DNA from: Elusimicrobiota bacterium
GTDB lineage: Bacteria > Elusimicrobiota > Elusimicrobia > UBA1565
Reading direction: 5' to 3'
Assembly (NCBI GenBank): GCA_043827405.1
Contig: JBDRPD010000039.1
Span: forward strand, 1 to 64,000
Length of the DNA stretch: 64,000 bases
Positions 36,177-44,745 of the stretch are shown here, in pieces. How positions within the stretch are numbered: position 1 is the first letter of the stretch; the number at the start of each line of letters is the position of its first letter. Under the pieces are notes generated by a model. It saw only the letters and a program-made list of their open reading frames with translations. It was not told where the DNA came from and ran no database searches. The position numbers and the translations under genes are program-made.

Positions 36177-37453
36177 CGGCGCGGACGCGGCGCCGGAAGA
36201 GACTTCCAGCCGCCGTCTCCAGGGAAGTGCGGCTGCTATGCGTCTGCCAGGCGGTGCTCTCCTTCGGCCTGGGTCTGGCCTTTCCCTTTTTCGCCATCTA
36301 CCTGCATCGCGAGCGCGGCCTGCCTATGACCTGGGTGGGCGTCTGGCTGTCGGCGGGAGTGCTGGCGACGGCGCTCAGCCAGGGCTGGGGCGGAACGCTT
36401 TCCGACCGCTGGGGCCGGCGCCGGGTTATGGTGCTGTCCTTGTGGGCGCGCGCGGCTACGGTTCTCGTTCTCGCGGCGGCGATTCACGGCGGCTGGCCCC
36501 TGCAGGCCATCGTCGGCGTGCATCTGCTGTCGAGTTTCGTGTCCCACTTCTTTGAGCCCTCGGCCCGGGGCTGGGTGGCGGATCATTCCAAGCCCACGGA
36601 GCGCCACCGTGCCTACGGCCTCCTGCGCACGGCTACCTGCGCCGGCTTCGCGGTGGGTCCGGCCCTCGGCGGACTTATAGCCGACCGCTCCTACTATCTG
36701 CTGTTCGCGGCAAGCGCCGTTGTCTGCGCCGTCAGCGCGGCGGTCGCCAGCCTGGTGCTCAAAGACAGTCCCTCCGGGCGTCCGCAGGGACAATCGGATA
36801 AGCCTGGGGAAGCGGAGGAAGGAGCGGACCCAAGCTTTCTCAAGCTATGCTTCTTCTACGCGCTGCTGTCGATCGCCATGGCGCAGCTGGTGGTGCCGCT
36901 GTCTCTCTACGCGACGAAGTTCATGGGGCTGCGCGATTCGCAGATGGGCCTGCTGCTGTCGCTTAACGGCGTCTTGATCGTGCTGTTCCAGATCCCGGCG
37001 GTGAACCTGTTCGCCGGCATCCGGCTTACGGTCGCTATCGCCTTCGGTTCCTTCCTGTACGCCGCGGGCTATGCCGGGGTCGGCTGGGCGGGCGGCCTGA
37101 CGGGCCTGATCTTCGCGGTGGCGGTCGTCACCGGCGGGGAGATTCTCGTTCCCTCCGCGGTGCAGGCGCTGGCGGCCAATATGTCGCCGCCGCGGCTGCG
37201 CGGCAAGTACCTCGGCCTGCTCGGCCTGTCGCGGCAGATCGGCTCGGCCATCGGACCTCTCGCCGGCTGTGCCGGCCTGGAGTTCGCCGCCTCTCGCGGT
37301 CTGGCCGGACACTGGCTGGCGATCTCGGCGGTGGCCGCCATCGCGGGAGTGGGCTTTATGCTGCTGGGCGGGCGGCTGCTTCCCGACGAAGAAGGTTTGG
37401 TTGAGGAAGGGCTCGAGAGCGAAGCCGCCGACAACCTGCGCCTCGGCGCCTGA
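36173..37453 (+). CDS. MFS transporter
   Basis: Motif A GTLSDRWGRRRV, GFAVGPALGG, SPPRLRGKYLG; ~12 TM; overlaps the pelG stop. Confidence 0.88.
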   Translation: MTARTRRRKRLPAAVSREVRLLCVCQAVLSFGLGLAFPFFAIYLHRERGLPMTWVGVWLSAGVLATALSQGWGGTLSDRWGRRRVMVLSLWARAATVLVLAAAIHGGWPLQAIVGVHLLSSFVSHFFEPSARGWVADHSKPTERHRAYGLLRTATCAGFAVGPALGGLIADRSYYLLFAASAVVCAVSAAVASLVLKDSPSGRPQGQSDKPGEAEEGADPSFLKLCFFYALLSIAMAQLVVPLSLYATKFMGLRDSQMGLLLSLNGVLIVLFQIPAVNLFAGIRLTVAIAFGSFLYAAGYAGVGWAGGLTGLIFAVAVVTGGEILVPSAVQALAANMSPPRLRGKYLGLLGLSRQIGSAIGPLAGCAGLEFAASRGLAGHWLAISAVAAIAGVGFMLLGGRLLPDEEGLVEEGLESEAADNLRLGA

Positions 37454-37461
37454 CACGGGAA

Positions 37462-38235
37462 CTAGCCGTCGGAGGGGGGGTCGATGATGCCGGCATGGGC
37501 GTCGTCGATCAGTACGGATTTCTCCTCGATCGACCAGGCGGCCAGGTGCACCTGGCTCAGCGAGATACGGTACTCGCTGGCGGAGCGTCCGAGCGTGAAG
37601 CTTCCCTGTATGGTCAGCTCTTCGCCGGGCTCAAGGCGCAGGGCGTCCAATCCGTCGAAGCTTACCCGCGTTTGCAGGGCGCCGGCGCCTTGCGGATTAA
37701 AGTCCTCATGCTGGGCGAGTACCTTGAGGTCGTTGATGGCGCGGCCGCTGCCGTTTACGAGCTCGATCTCGAAGCGTACGGTATCGCCGGGGATGAACAG
37801 GGCATAGGTTCCCCAGAACTCCCGCGGGGCCTGGAAGCGCGGCTCTTCGTATTTCTTCTGCAGCTGATAGCCTTTGAGGCCGTCGGGTCCCATGCGGCTG
37901 AGTCCCCGGGCGTCGAGAAAATTGACGCGGTAGCTCAGCCCCTTCTTCCCTTCAAGCCAAGCCCCCAGGATTCGGGGCAGGCGTTGATCCGCCCAGGTTC
38001 GCCGGATCTCCGGCTGGGCGAGCGGCCGGGGACTCGACGGCGGTTTCTGCAGCTCAGGCGACCATGCCGGAAGCCGCGGGGCGCGGGACGGCAAAGGCGG
38101 CAGCGGACAGAGAGCGGGCGGCCTGAGTTGAGTCACGGGAAGGGGGCGGGGGAGGATAAAAGCGGACGCTTCGTATACCGTCCACGCTCCGGTGAGCAGC
38201 AGGAAGGAGACGATCTTGGGTAACCCGAATCCCAT
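37462..38235 (-). CDS. Hypothetical exported protein with Pro-rich linker and Ig-like C-terminus
   Basis: Hydrophobic N-terminus, Pro-rich segment, then PGDTVRFEIELVNGS...LRLEPGEELTI. Fills the gap between neighbours. Confidence 0.55.
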   Translation of the reverse strand: MGFGLPKIVSFLLLTGAWTVYEASAFILPRPLPVTQLRPPALCPLPPLPSRAPRLPAWSPELQKPPSSPRPLAQPEIRRTWADQRLPRILGAWLEGKKGLSYRVNFLDARGLSRMGPDGLKGYQLQKKYEEPRFQAPREFWGTYALFIPGDTVRFEIELVNGSGRAINDLKVLAQHEDFNPQGAGALQTRVSFDGLDALRLEPGEELTIQGSFTLGRSASEYRISLSQVHLAAWSIEEKSVLIDDAHAGIIDPPSDG

Positions 38236-38330
38236 AGTATCCTCGGCGACGTCCTTAGGAGTGTAGACAATGGATGTTTCGCCCATATTGCCCCTTGACG
38301 ACCTTCCCCGGGAAGACTAAAACATGACGT

Positions 38331-39929
38331 ATGGCCGACCCAGACCGCAAGTCCAAGAAGACCTCCGCCGGCGAGGTGCTGGGCTATCTGTTCGTGGCCG
38401 TTTCCGCCGGCCTGTTTCTGCTCATCGTTCCGCGGCTGGTCATGCAGGATTCCGGAAAGAAGCGGTCGGCGCCGCGGCCGGCGGCCGCCCGCCGGGAAGC
38501 GTCGGCACGAGAGACCGCGGCGCCGCGGCGCCTGCAGGCCAAGGGCGCCATGGACGTGCCGTCTCCCGTCGCGTCCGCGCCGGCGGCAGCGAAGGCTTCT
38601 CCTCCGGTGAGGGAGGCGGAGCCGGAAGCCGCGCCGGAACCGGCGCCGCCGGCGGAGGCGAATGCGGCTTATGCCATGACGCAGTCCGGCTTCGGCAGCT
38701 ACGGCTCGGCGGGCGGCTCGACCTCTTTGGATACCGGGGCGGCGGATTCGTCGCGGCCGTCGGCGCGCGGCGGCGGCAAGGCCGCCGTCGAGGCAAAGCC
38801 GAAAATGGCGCGGGGCGGGACCTCGTCCTATGCCGGACCGGGCGGCGCCGGCGGCCGCTACGCCGCCGCCAAGGCGCCTCCCGCGCGCAAAAATGGCGAG
38901 ACGCCGAAGAAGAAACCGCCCGCGAAAGCCGCGATCGGCGAAGGCGCGGCCTTTTATGACGGCGGCGGCGAAGCCGAACGCGGCGGCGTGCTCAAGGCGG
39001 TGCGCAGCGTCCAGGTCGGCGGGTTGGCCGGCAGCGCGGCGGGCGGCGAAATTTCCGATCCGGTGTTTCAGCGAGTGTTTACGCAAATGGACAAGGAGCG
39101 CAAGATCGTCGACCACTTGCGGGACAAAATCGAGGAGCAGGAGTCCGCCGGGCAGCCGGTGGAGCGCGCGGAGGTAATGGCGGCGGCGCAGGCCTATATC
39201 GCCGATAATGACGTCGACGCCGAGTCGGTGGACCCGGAAGCGCTGGTCGAAAGGGCCATGAGCCCGGTGCCGCCCGCGGATCCGGTGCAGCTGGGCGAGC
39301 ATGCGCGCCTGATCATCAAGCGCTTCAAGCCGCCGACGCCGGAGGAAAAGAAGGAAATTCTGCAGCAGGTGGAGAAGCCGCCGCCCAAGTACGATCCGCC
39401 GCCGAAAAGCGCCATCCAGACCTATGAGCGCTACCCGGACGCTTTCCGCTGGGCCAAGGAGAATCTCGGGGTAGAGCCGCATCATATTCTCGGCATCCTC
39501 GGGGTGGAGACGCGCTACGGCAACTATACCGGCAAGCATGGGGTGCTGAAGGTTCTGCATACCGTGTCCGAGAAGGGGGGGCGGCAGGGCAAGCAGGCCG
39601 ATAAGGATATCCCGGCGCTCCTGCGGATGAGCAATAACGGCGAACTGGGCGGGTTCGAGGCGGATACGGTGCGCGGCTCTTATGCCGGTGCGCTGGGCAT
39701 CGGCCAGTTCCTGCCTTCAAGCTGGGAAGCCTATGCGCTGGACCGCGACGGCGGCAAGCGCAATCCCTTCAGCCACGAGGATGCCATCATATCGGTCGCC
39801 AACTACCTGAAGAAGCATGGCTACAGCAAGGACGTGAAGAAGTCCTTCTGGGGTTATAACCACTCCACCGAGTACGTCAACAAGGTCAACGACCTCGCGG
39901 AACAGATCAAGCCGGGGTTGAAGAAATAG
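38331..39929 (+). CDS. Lytic murein transglycosylase B (SLT_2/MltB-like) with TM anchor and long low-complexity N-terminus
   Basis: GILGVETRYG, GSYAGALGIGQFLPSS, ISVANYLKKHG, YNHSTEYV. Confidence 0.88.
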   Translation: MADPDRKSKKTSAGEVLGYLFVAVSAGLFLLIVPRLVMQDSGKKRSAPRPAAARREASARETAAPRRLQAKGAMDVPSPVASAPAAAKASPPVREAEPEAAPEPAPPAEANAAYAMTQSGFGSYGSAGGSTSLDTGAADSSRPSARGGGKAAVEAKPKMARGGTSSYAGPGGAGGRYAAAKAPPARKNGETPKKKPPAKAAIGEGAAFYDGGGEAERGGVLKAVRSVQVGGLAGSAAGGEISDPVFQRVFTQMDKERKIVDHLRDKIEEQESAGQPVERAEVMAAAQAYIADNDVDAESVDPEALVERAMSPVPPADPVQLGEHARLIIKRFKPPTPEEKKEILQQVEKPPPKYDPPPKSAIQTYERYPDAFRWAKENLGVEPHHILGILGVETRYGNYTGKHGVLKVLHTVSEKGGRQGKQADKDIPALLRMSNNGELGGFEADTVRGSYAGALGIGQFLPSSWEAYALDRDGGKRNPFSHEDAIISVANYLKKHGYSKDVKKSFWGYNHSTEYVNKVNDLAEQIKPGLKK

Positions 39930-40023
39930 GCCGGATTTCGTTATTTTTTAGGGACAAATGGCGTCTCTCCGTTAGGCCTTTAGACCGTTCCCGATACCCT
40001 CCCGCTCTGTTATCCTGAGCTGG

Positions 40024-41286
40024 ATGCGAAAGCTCATCGCGCCTCTGTGTTCGGCGCTCATTGTTCTGTGTTCTCCCGGTTCCGCCGCCTGGTCGGCGGT
40101 CGCCGTCAAAACCGTCCCTGTCGGTCCCGTCGCCGCCGGTATCGGCGCCGCCGGCGCGGCCGTCCGCGCCGGTCTGCGGATGCCGGTCAGCGGCAGCTTG
40201 AATCTCGGCAGTACGCTGCCGGCCTTCCGTGCCGCTGCGCTTTTCAAGCCGCATCAAAGCCCGCAGGTCGGCGTCCTTCCTTCCGTCACCGTCCATAGCG
40301 TCAAGGATATCAAGACGCACGGGATTAAGGTTAAGACGGAAAAACGACGCAAGATCAAGAGTGTTATCTCCGGTTTAAAAGAAACCGCCCGCGTCCTGCG
40401 GGCCAAGGGCGGCAAGTCCAAGGCCGCCGGCGTTCTCAGCGCTTCGTTTGACGGCGAGTCCTACCTCGTCCCCTACGACGATAAGGGATTCGTCGATCTC
40501 GAACAGGAAAATCCCGAAGCCACGCCGGGCTTCAAGCCGACCGGCAGGCACGGCAACAACGGCAGCAGGAAGGCCGTCAAGAAATTAGCCAAGGACGTCG
40601 AGAAGCTGAAAGAATACCAGCAGCGCCTGTACGCGAGCGGTGAGCGGTCCGTGCTCCTGGTCTTCCAGGCCATGGACACCGGCGGCAAGGACGGCGCCAT
40701 CCGCTACGTGCTCGGCCCGCTCAACCCGCAGGGCGTGAAGGTCGCCAGCTTCAAGCAGCCGACCGCCGGGGAGAAGCGGCACAACTATCTGTGGCGCATC
40801 AGAAAAGCCCTGCCCGCGAAGGGCATGCTCGGCGTCTTCAACCGCTCGCATTACGAGGACATCCTGGTGCCGACCGTGGATGAGACCATGCCGGCGGCGG
40901 AAGTCGAGAAGCGCTACGCCGAGATACGCGATTTTGAAAAAGCCCTGGCCGACAGCGGGGTCGTCATCCTGAAGTTCTTCCTGAACATCTCCAAGGACGA
41001 GCAGAAGCGGCGCCTGCAGGCGCGGCTCGACGATCCGGACAAGCGCTGGAAGTTCAGCCCGAGCGATCTGACCAGCCGGGCGAAGTGGGGCCGCTACCTC
41101 GCAACCTACGGAAAAATTCTCGCCCGCACCAGTACGCCGTGGGCGCCCTGGTACGTCATCCCCGCCAACAATAAGTGGTTTCGCAACTTTCTGATCGGAC
41201 GCATCATCCGCCGGGCGCTCGACGCCATGGGCCTGCGCTATCCGGCGCCGCCGGCGGGGCTCGACCAGGTCGTTATCCCCGACTGA
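40024..41286 (+). CDS. ppk2: Polyphosphate kinase 2 (class III-like) with signal peptide and ~140-aa leader
   Basis: FQAMDTGGKDG, LNPQG, FKQPT, HNYLWR, FNRSHYED, KFFLNISKDEQ, KRWKFSPSD, APWYVIPANNKWFR. Confidence 0.9.
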   Translation: MRKLIAPLCSALIVLCSPGSAAWSAVAVKTVPVGPVAAGIGAAGAAVRAGLRMPVSGSLNLGSTLPAFRAAALFKPHQSPQVGVLPSVTVHSVKDIKTHGIKVKTEKRRKIKSVISGLKETARVLRAKGGKSKAAGVLSASFDGESYLVPYDDKGFVDLEQENPEATPGFKPTGRHGNNGSRKAVKKLAKDVEKLKEYQQRLYASGERSVLLVFQAMDTGGKDGAIRYVLGPLNPQGVKVASFKQPTAGEKRHNYLWRIRKALPAKGMLGVFNRSHYEDILVPTVDETMPAAEVEKRYAEIRDFEKALADSGVVILKFFLNISKDEQKRRLQARLDDPDKRWKFSPSDLTSRAKWGRYLATYGKILARTSTPWAPWYVIPANNKWFRNFLIGRIIRRALDAMGLRYPAPPAGLDQVVIPD

Positions 41287-42643
41287 CGCCGATGGCCGGC
41301 GGATGCTCCAGCAGCGCCGCCACGCGGCTGCGCCACATGAAGAACAGCGTTACCGCCACCACCCCGAGGCCGGTGAGCAGCCCGATCCAGAGCCCCGGCG
41401 GGCCCATCTCGGCGTGGAAGGCCAGCCAGTAGCCCAGCGGCAGGCCGAGGAGCAGGTGGCTGCAGACGGTGGCGTAGAGCGGCAGCCGCGTCTCGCCCAG
41501 GCCGCGCAGCGAGCCGGTCATGATCACCTGCGTCCCGTCGAAGATCTGGAAGACCGCCGCGATGCGCAGCAGCGGCGCGCCGACGGCGATGACCTCCGGG
41601 TCGGCGGTGAACAGGCGGATCAGCTGCTCCGGGATCAGCATATAGATCACGCCGGCGCCGGCCATGAAGGTGACGCCCAGCATGAGCGCGGTGTCTCCGG
41701 CCTGGACCGCGGCATGCGGGTCCTGGCGGCCCAGCCCTTGCCCCACCTGGACGGCGGCGGCGAGCGAGATGCCCAGCGGGATCATGAAGGTCAGGGCGGC
41801 GAAGTTCATGGTAATCTGATGGCCGGCGGTCGGCACCGGGCCGAAGCGCGCCATCAGCATGGTGACCATGGCGAAAAAGCTGACTTCGGCCATGAGGTGC
41901 AGACCGGCCGGCAGGCCGAGCTGGATGAGCTCGAGGAAGGTCCCGAGACTCCAGCTGCGAAACATATAGTCCGCGCGCAGCGCTTGGCGCAGCACCGCGG
42001 CCAGTCCGACGAGGAGCATGACGCATGCTGAGATGACGCTGGCGATCGCGCAGCCGCGCACGCCCATGGCGGGAAATCCCAGATGCCCGAAGACCAGGCA
42101 GTAATTGATGAAGACGTTGACCGTATTGCCGACGGCGATGGCGAACAGCAGCGGGCGGGTGATATTCATCGACTGCAGATAATGCCGGCAGCAGACGAAC
42201 AGCAGCGCCGGCAGGGCCAGCCAGCGGAAAATGGCGAGGTACTCCAGCGCGACGTCGGCGACGGTTTTATCGATGCCGACGAGCCAGTACAGGGGCTCCA
42301 CCGCGCCGAGCGCGGCGATGATGGGCGCTGAGATCAGCGCCGCCAGGACCATGGCATGGATGATGATCTCCGCGCACAGCCCGGTCTTGCCGGCGCCGAA
42401 AGCGCGCGACGCCAGAGTGTCGATCCCGAGCAGGAAGCCCAGGCCGAACAGGAAGACCATATGGAACGTCGCGCTCGCCACCCCGGCGCCGGCCAGGGCC
42501 GCGGCGCTCACGCGGCCGAGAAACAGCGTATCGACCAGGCCGTAGAGCATCATGCCGGCCTGGATGACCGCGATGGGTGCCGCCAACGACAGGACGGATT
42601 TGGTGACCGCCCGCGTCGGCAGCCTGAAGGTGCCGAGAATCAC
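41273..42643 (-). CDS. MATE family efflux transporter (NorM-like)
   Basis: VDTLFLGRVS, FGHLGFPAMGVRGCAIAS, IPLGISLAA, FQIFDGTQ...GSLRGLG. Confidence 0.92.
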   Translation of the reverse strand: MILGTFRLPTRAVTKSVLSLAAPIAVIQAGMMLYGLVDTLFLGRVSAAALAGAGVASATFHMVFLFGLGFLLGIDTLASRAFGAGKTGLCAEIIIHAMVLAALISAPIIAALGAVEPLYWLVGIDKTVADVALEYLAIFRWLALPALLFVCCRHYLQSMNITRPLLFAIAVGNTVNVFINYCLVFGHLGFPAMGVRGCAIASVISACVMLLVGLAAVLRQALRADYMFRSWSLGTFLELIQLGLPAGLHLMAEVSFFAMVTMLMARFGPVPTAGHQITMNFAALTFMIPLGISLAAAVQVGQGLGRQDPHAAVQAGDTALMLGVTFMAGAGVIYMLIPEQLIRLFTADPEVIAVGAPLLRIAAVFQIFDGTQVIMTGSLRGLGETRLPLYATVCSHLLLGLPLGYWLAFHAEMGPPGLWIGLLTGLGVVAVTLFFMWRSRVAALLEHPPAIGVSRG

Positions 42644-42682
42644 GAGCAGTCATTCTAGCACATGCGCCGGGACGGGCCGCGG

Positions 42683-42898
42683 CTAGGGGTGGATGCCGTT
42701 GCGCTCCTTGTACCGGCGGATGCCTTCGCGGATACGGCTCTTGAGGGCATGCGGGGCGAGGCGTCCGCAGTCGCCGAGTCCCTCTACCGGCGCGCATAGG
42801 GAATAGCACCAAGGCGACAGGTTTTTGGTCAGCGGGCAGCCGAGATAGGTGTATTTCGGCAGGGGTTTCTTGCGGCGTTTCTTCACTATATTTGTCAT
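42683..42898 (-). CDS. Small basic Cys/His-containing protein (71 aa)
   Basis: Strong SD (AGGAGAGGAG); GCPLT...WCYSLC...CGRLAPH. Confidence 0.65.
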   Translation of the reverse strand: MTNIVKKRRKKPLPKYTYLGCPLTKNLSPWCYSLCAPVEGLGDCGRLAPHALKSRIREGIRRYKERNGIHP

Positions 42899-42972
42899 GG
42901 CTCCTCTCCTGGGATTAGGATAGCCAAGCGAAATCAACGGATTCTCAACGGCGGATAAAATCCGGCTAAACT

Positions 42973-44145
42973 TCAGCGGTACTGCAGAGCTGTTTGGACG
43001 ATGAGCTCGGCCCCGACAGGAAGCACCCTCTCGTCGACCTTGAAGCCGCCGGAGTGATGCGGCACATCGGTCTTTTGGCGTGCATCGCGGATGCCGAGCC
43101 GCGCGTAGCAGCCGGGGACTTCGCGCAGCACAAAGGCCATGTCTTCGGCGCCGAGCGAGGAGGGGTCTTCGATCACCTGGCGGCGGCCGACGACGCCGAG
43201 TGCGGCGTCGGCGACCAGCGCGGAGAACACCGGATCGTTGATGACGGCGGGATAGAACTCGCTGAATTCGATCGTATGCCGGGTGCCGTGCAGGCGGTCG
43301 ATGCCGGCGAGAACGCGGGCGATCTCCCGGCGCAGCTGTCCCAGCGTCGTGTCGTCCAAGGCGCGGATCGTGCCCCGCAGGTCGGCGCGTCCGGGGATGA
43401 TATTGCTGCGGCTGCCGGCGTGCAGGGACCCGACCGTGACGACGGCGGGCTTGAGCGGGTTAACGCGGCGCGACACCACGCTCTGCACCGAGGTCACGAA
43501 CTCGGCGGCGGCCAGTATGGAGTCCGCGCACAGGTGCGGCGCGGCGCCATGGCCGCCGGGCCCCGTGATGGTCAAATCGAAGCGCTGCGCGGCGGCGAAA
43601 GACGCGTCCCGGCGGCGGATGCCGATCACGCCCGACGGCAGATCGGACCAGACGTGCAGTGCCAGAGCGGCGTCGACTTTCGGGTTCTTGAGTATGCCCG
43701 CCCGGATCATCGGCTGGGCGCCGCCCGGTCCCTCCTCCGCCGGCTGGAACATGAACTTCACATTGCAGGCGAGGCGGTCCTTAAGCCGGGTGAGCGCCTT
43801 GGCCGCGCCGAGCGCCATCGCCATATGCGCGTCGTGGCCGCAGGCATGCATGAAGCCCCGGTGCTGGGAGCGGAAGGCGACGCGCGCGGTCTCCTGGACC
43901 GGGAGGGCGTCCATGTCGGCGCGCACCAGCAGGGTTTTCTTGGCGCCTTTGACCTTGAGCAGCGCCGCTATGCCCGGAGCGGCGACCGTACGGCAGGGGA
44001 TGCCGATGCGCTTTAGCTCCTGGCGTATGAACGCGGCGGTTTTGAACTCCTTAAAGCCCGGTTCGGGGTGGCGGTGGAAAAATCTTCGGCAGCGGATGAT
44101 GTCGGGGATAAGGGCCCGGACTACGGATGAAATCTTCGGCTGCAT
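42973..44145 (-). CDS. M20D family amidohydrolase
   Basis: HRHPEPGFKE, RADMDALP, MHACGHDAH, FQPAEEG, GGHGAAPH, GAEDM, PHH. Confidence 0.93.
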   Translation of the reverse strand: MQPKISSVVRALIPDIIRCRRFFHRHPEPGFKEFKTAAFIRQELKRIGIPCRTVAAPGIAALLKVKGAKKTLLVRADMDALPVQETARVAFRSQHRGFMHACGHDAHMAMALGAAKALTRLKDRLACNVKFMFQPAEEGPGGAQPMIRAGILKNPKVDAALALHVWSDLPSGVIGIRRRDASFAAAQRFDLTITGPGGHGAAPHLCADSILAAAEFVTSVQSVVSRRVNPLKPAVVTVGSLHAGSRSNIIPGRADLRGTIRALDDTTLGQLRREIARVLAGIDRLHGTRHTIEFSEFYPAVINDPVFSALVADAALGVVGRRQVIEDPSSLGAEDMAFVLREVPGCYARLGIRDARQKTDVPHHSGGFKVDERVLPVGAELIVQTALQYR

Positions 44146-44230
44146 GGCGTTTCTCCTGCAGCGAGGATAGCACATTGCTCCCGATCATAATATAATGGGG
44201 CAACTGCAGCATCTTTGGAGAGGAGGAAGC

Positions 44231-44686
44231 ATGGACAAGTGGAACAGCGTTGATGAGGTCCTGGATTTTGCGATCAAGGGCGAAGAAGAGGCGATGGAGC
44301 TTTATACAGCTCTCGCCGGCAAGGTGGAAAAGCCTTGGATGAAGCAGATTTTTGCGAGCTTCGCGAAGGAAGAGGAAGGGCATAAGGCGAAGCTGCTGCG
44401 GGTTAAGGATGGACAGGCGCTAAAGCCTGTTGAGAAGAAGGTGCTCGACTTGAAGATCGGCGATTACCTCGTCGAAATCAAGCCCGCCCCCGACATTACC
44501 TATCAGGATGCTCTTATCCTGGCGATGAAGCGGGAGAAGGCGGCCTACATGCTCTACACCAATCTGGGCAACGCCGTCGAGGACCAGGGATTGAAGGATA
44601 CCTTCAAGGCGCTGGCGGTGGAAGAGGCCAACCATAAGCTGCGCTTCGAGACGGAGTACGACGAGAAGATCCAGGTTTGGAACTGA
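44231..44686 (+). CDS. Rubrerythrin/ferritin-like protein
   Basis: FAIKGEEEA, EEEGH, AMKREK and EEANH di-iron motifs; SD AGGAGG. Confidence 0.9.
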   Translation: MDKWNSVDEVLDFAIKGEEEAMELYTALAGKVEKPWMKQIFASFAKEEEGHKAKLLRVKDGQALKPVEKKVLDLKIGDYLVEIKPAPDITYQDALILAMKREKAAYMLYTNLGNAVEDQGLKDTFKALAVEEANHKLRFETEYDEKIQVWN

Positions 44687-44714
44687 GCGGCTGAGCGGAT
44701 AAAACGTTCTGTCG

Positions 44715-44744
44715 GGCGGCGTCCCGTCGGGCGGGGGCGCCGCC
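44715..44744. terminator. GC hairpin between convergent genes (probable terminator)
   Basis: GGCGGCGTCCC...GGGGCGCCGCC stem followed by TATTTT. Confidence 0.5.
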
Positions 44745-44745
44745 G

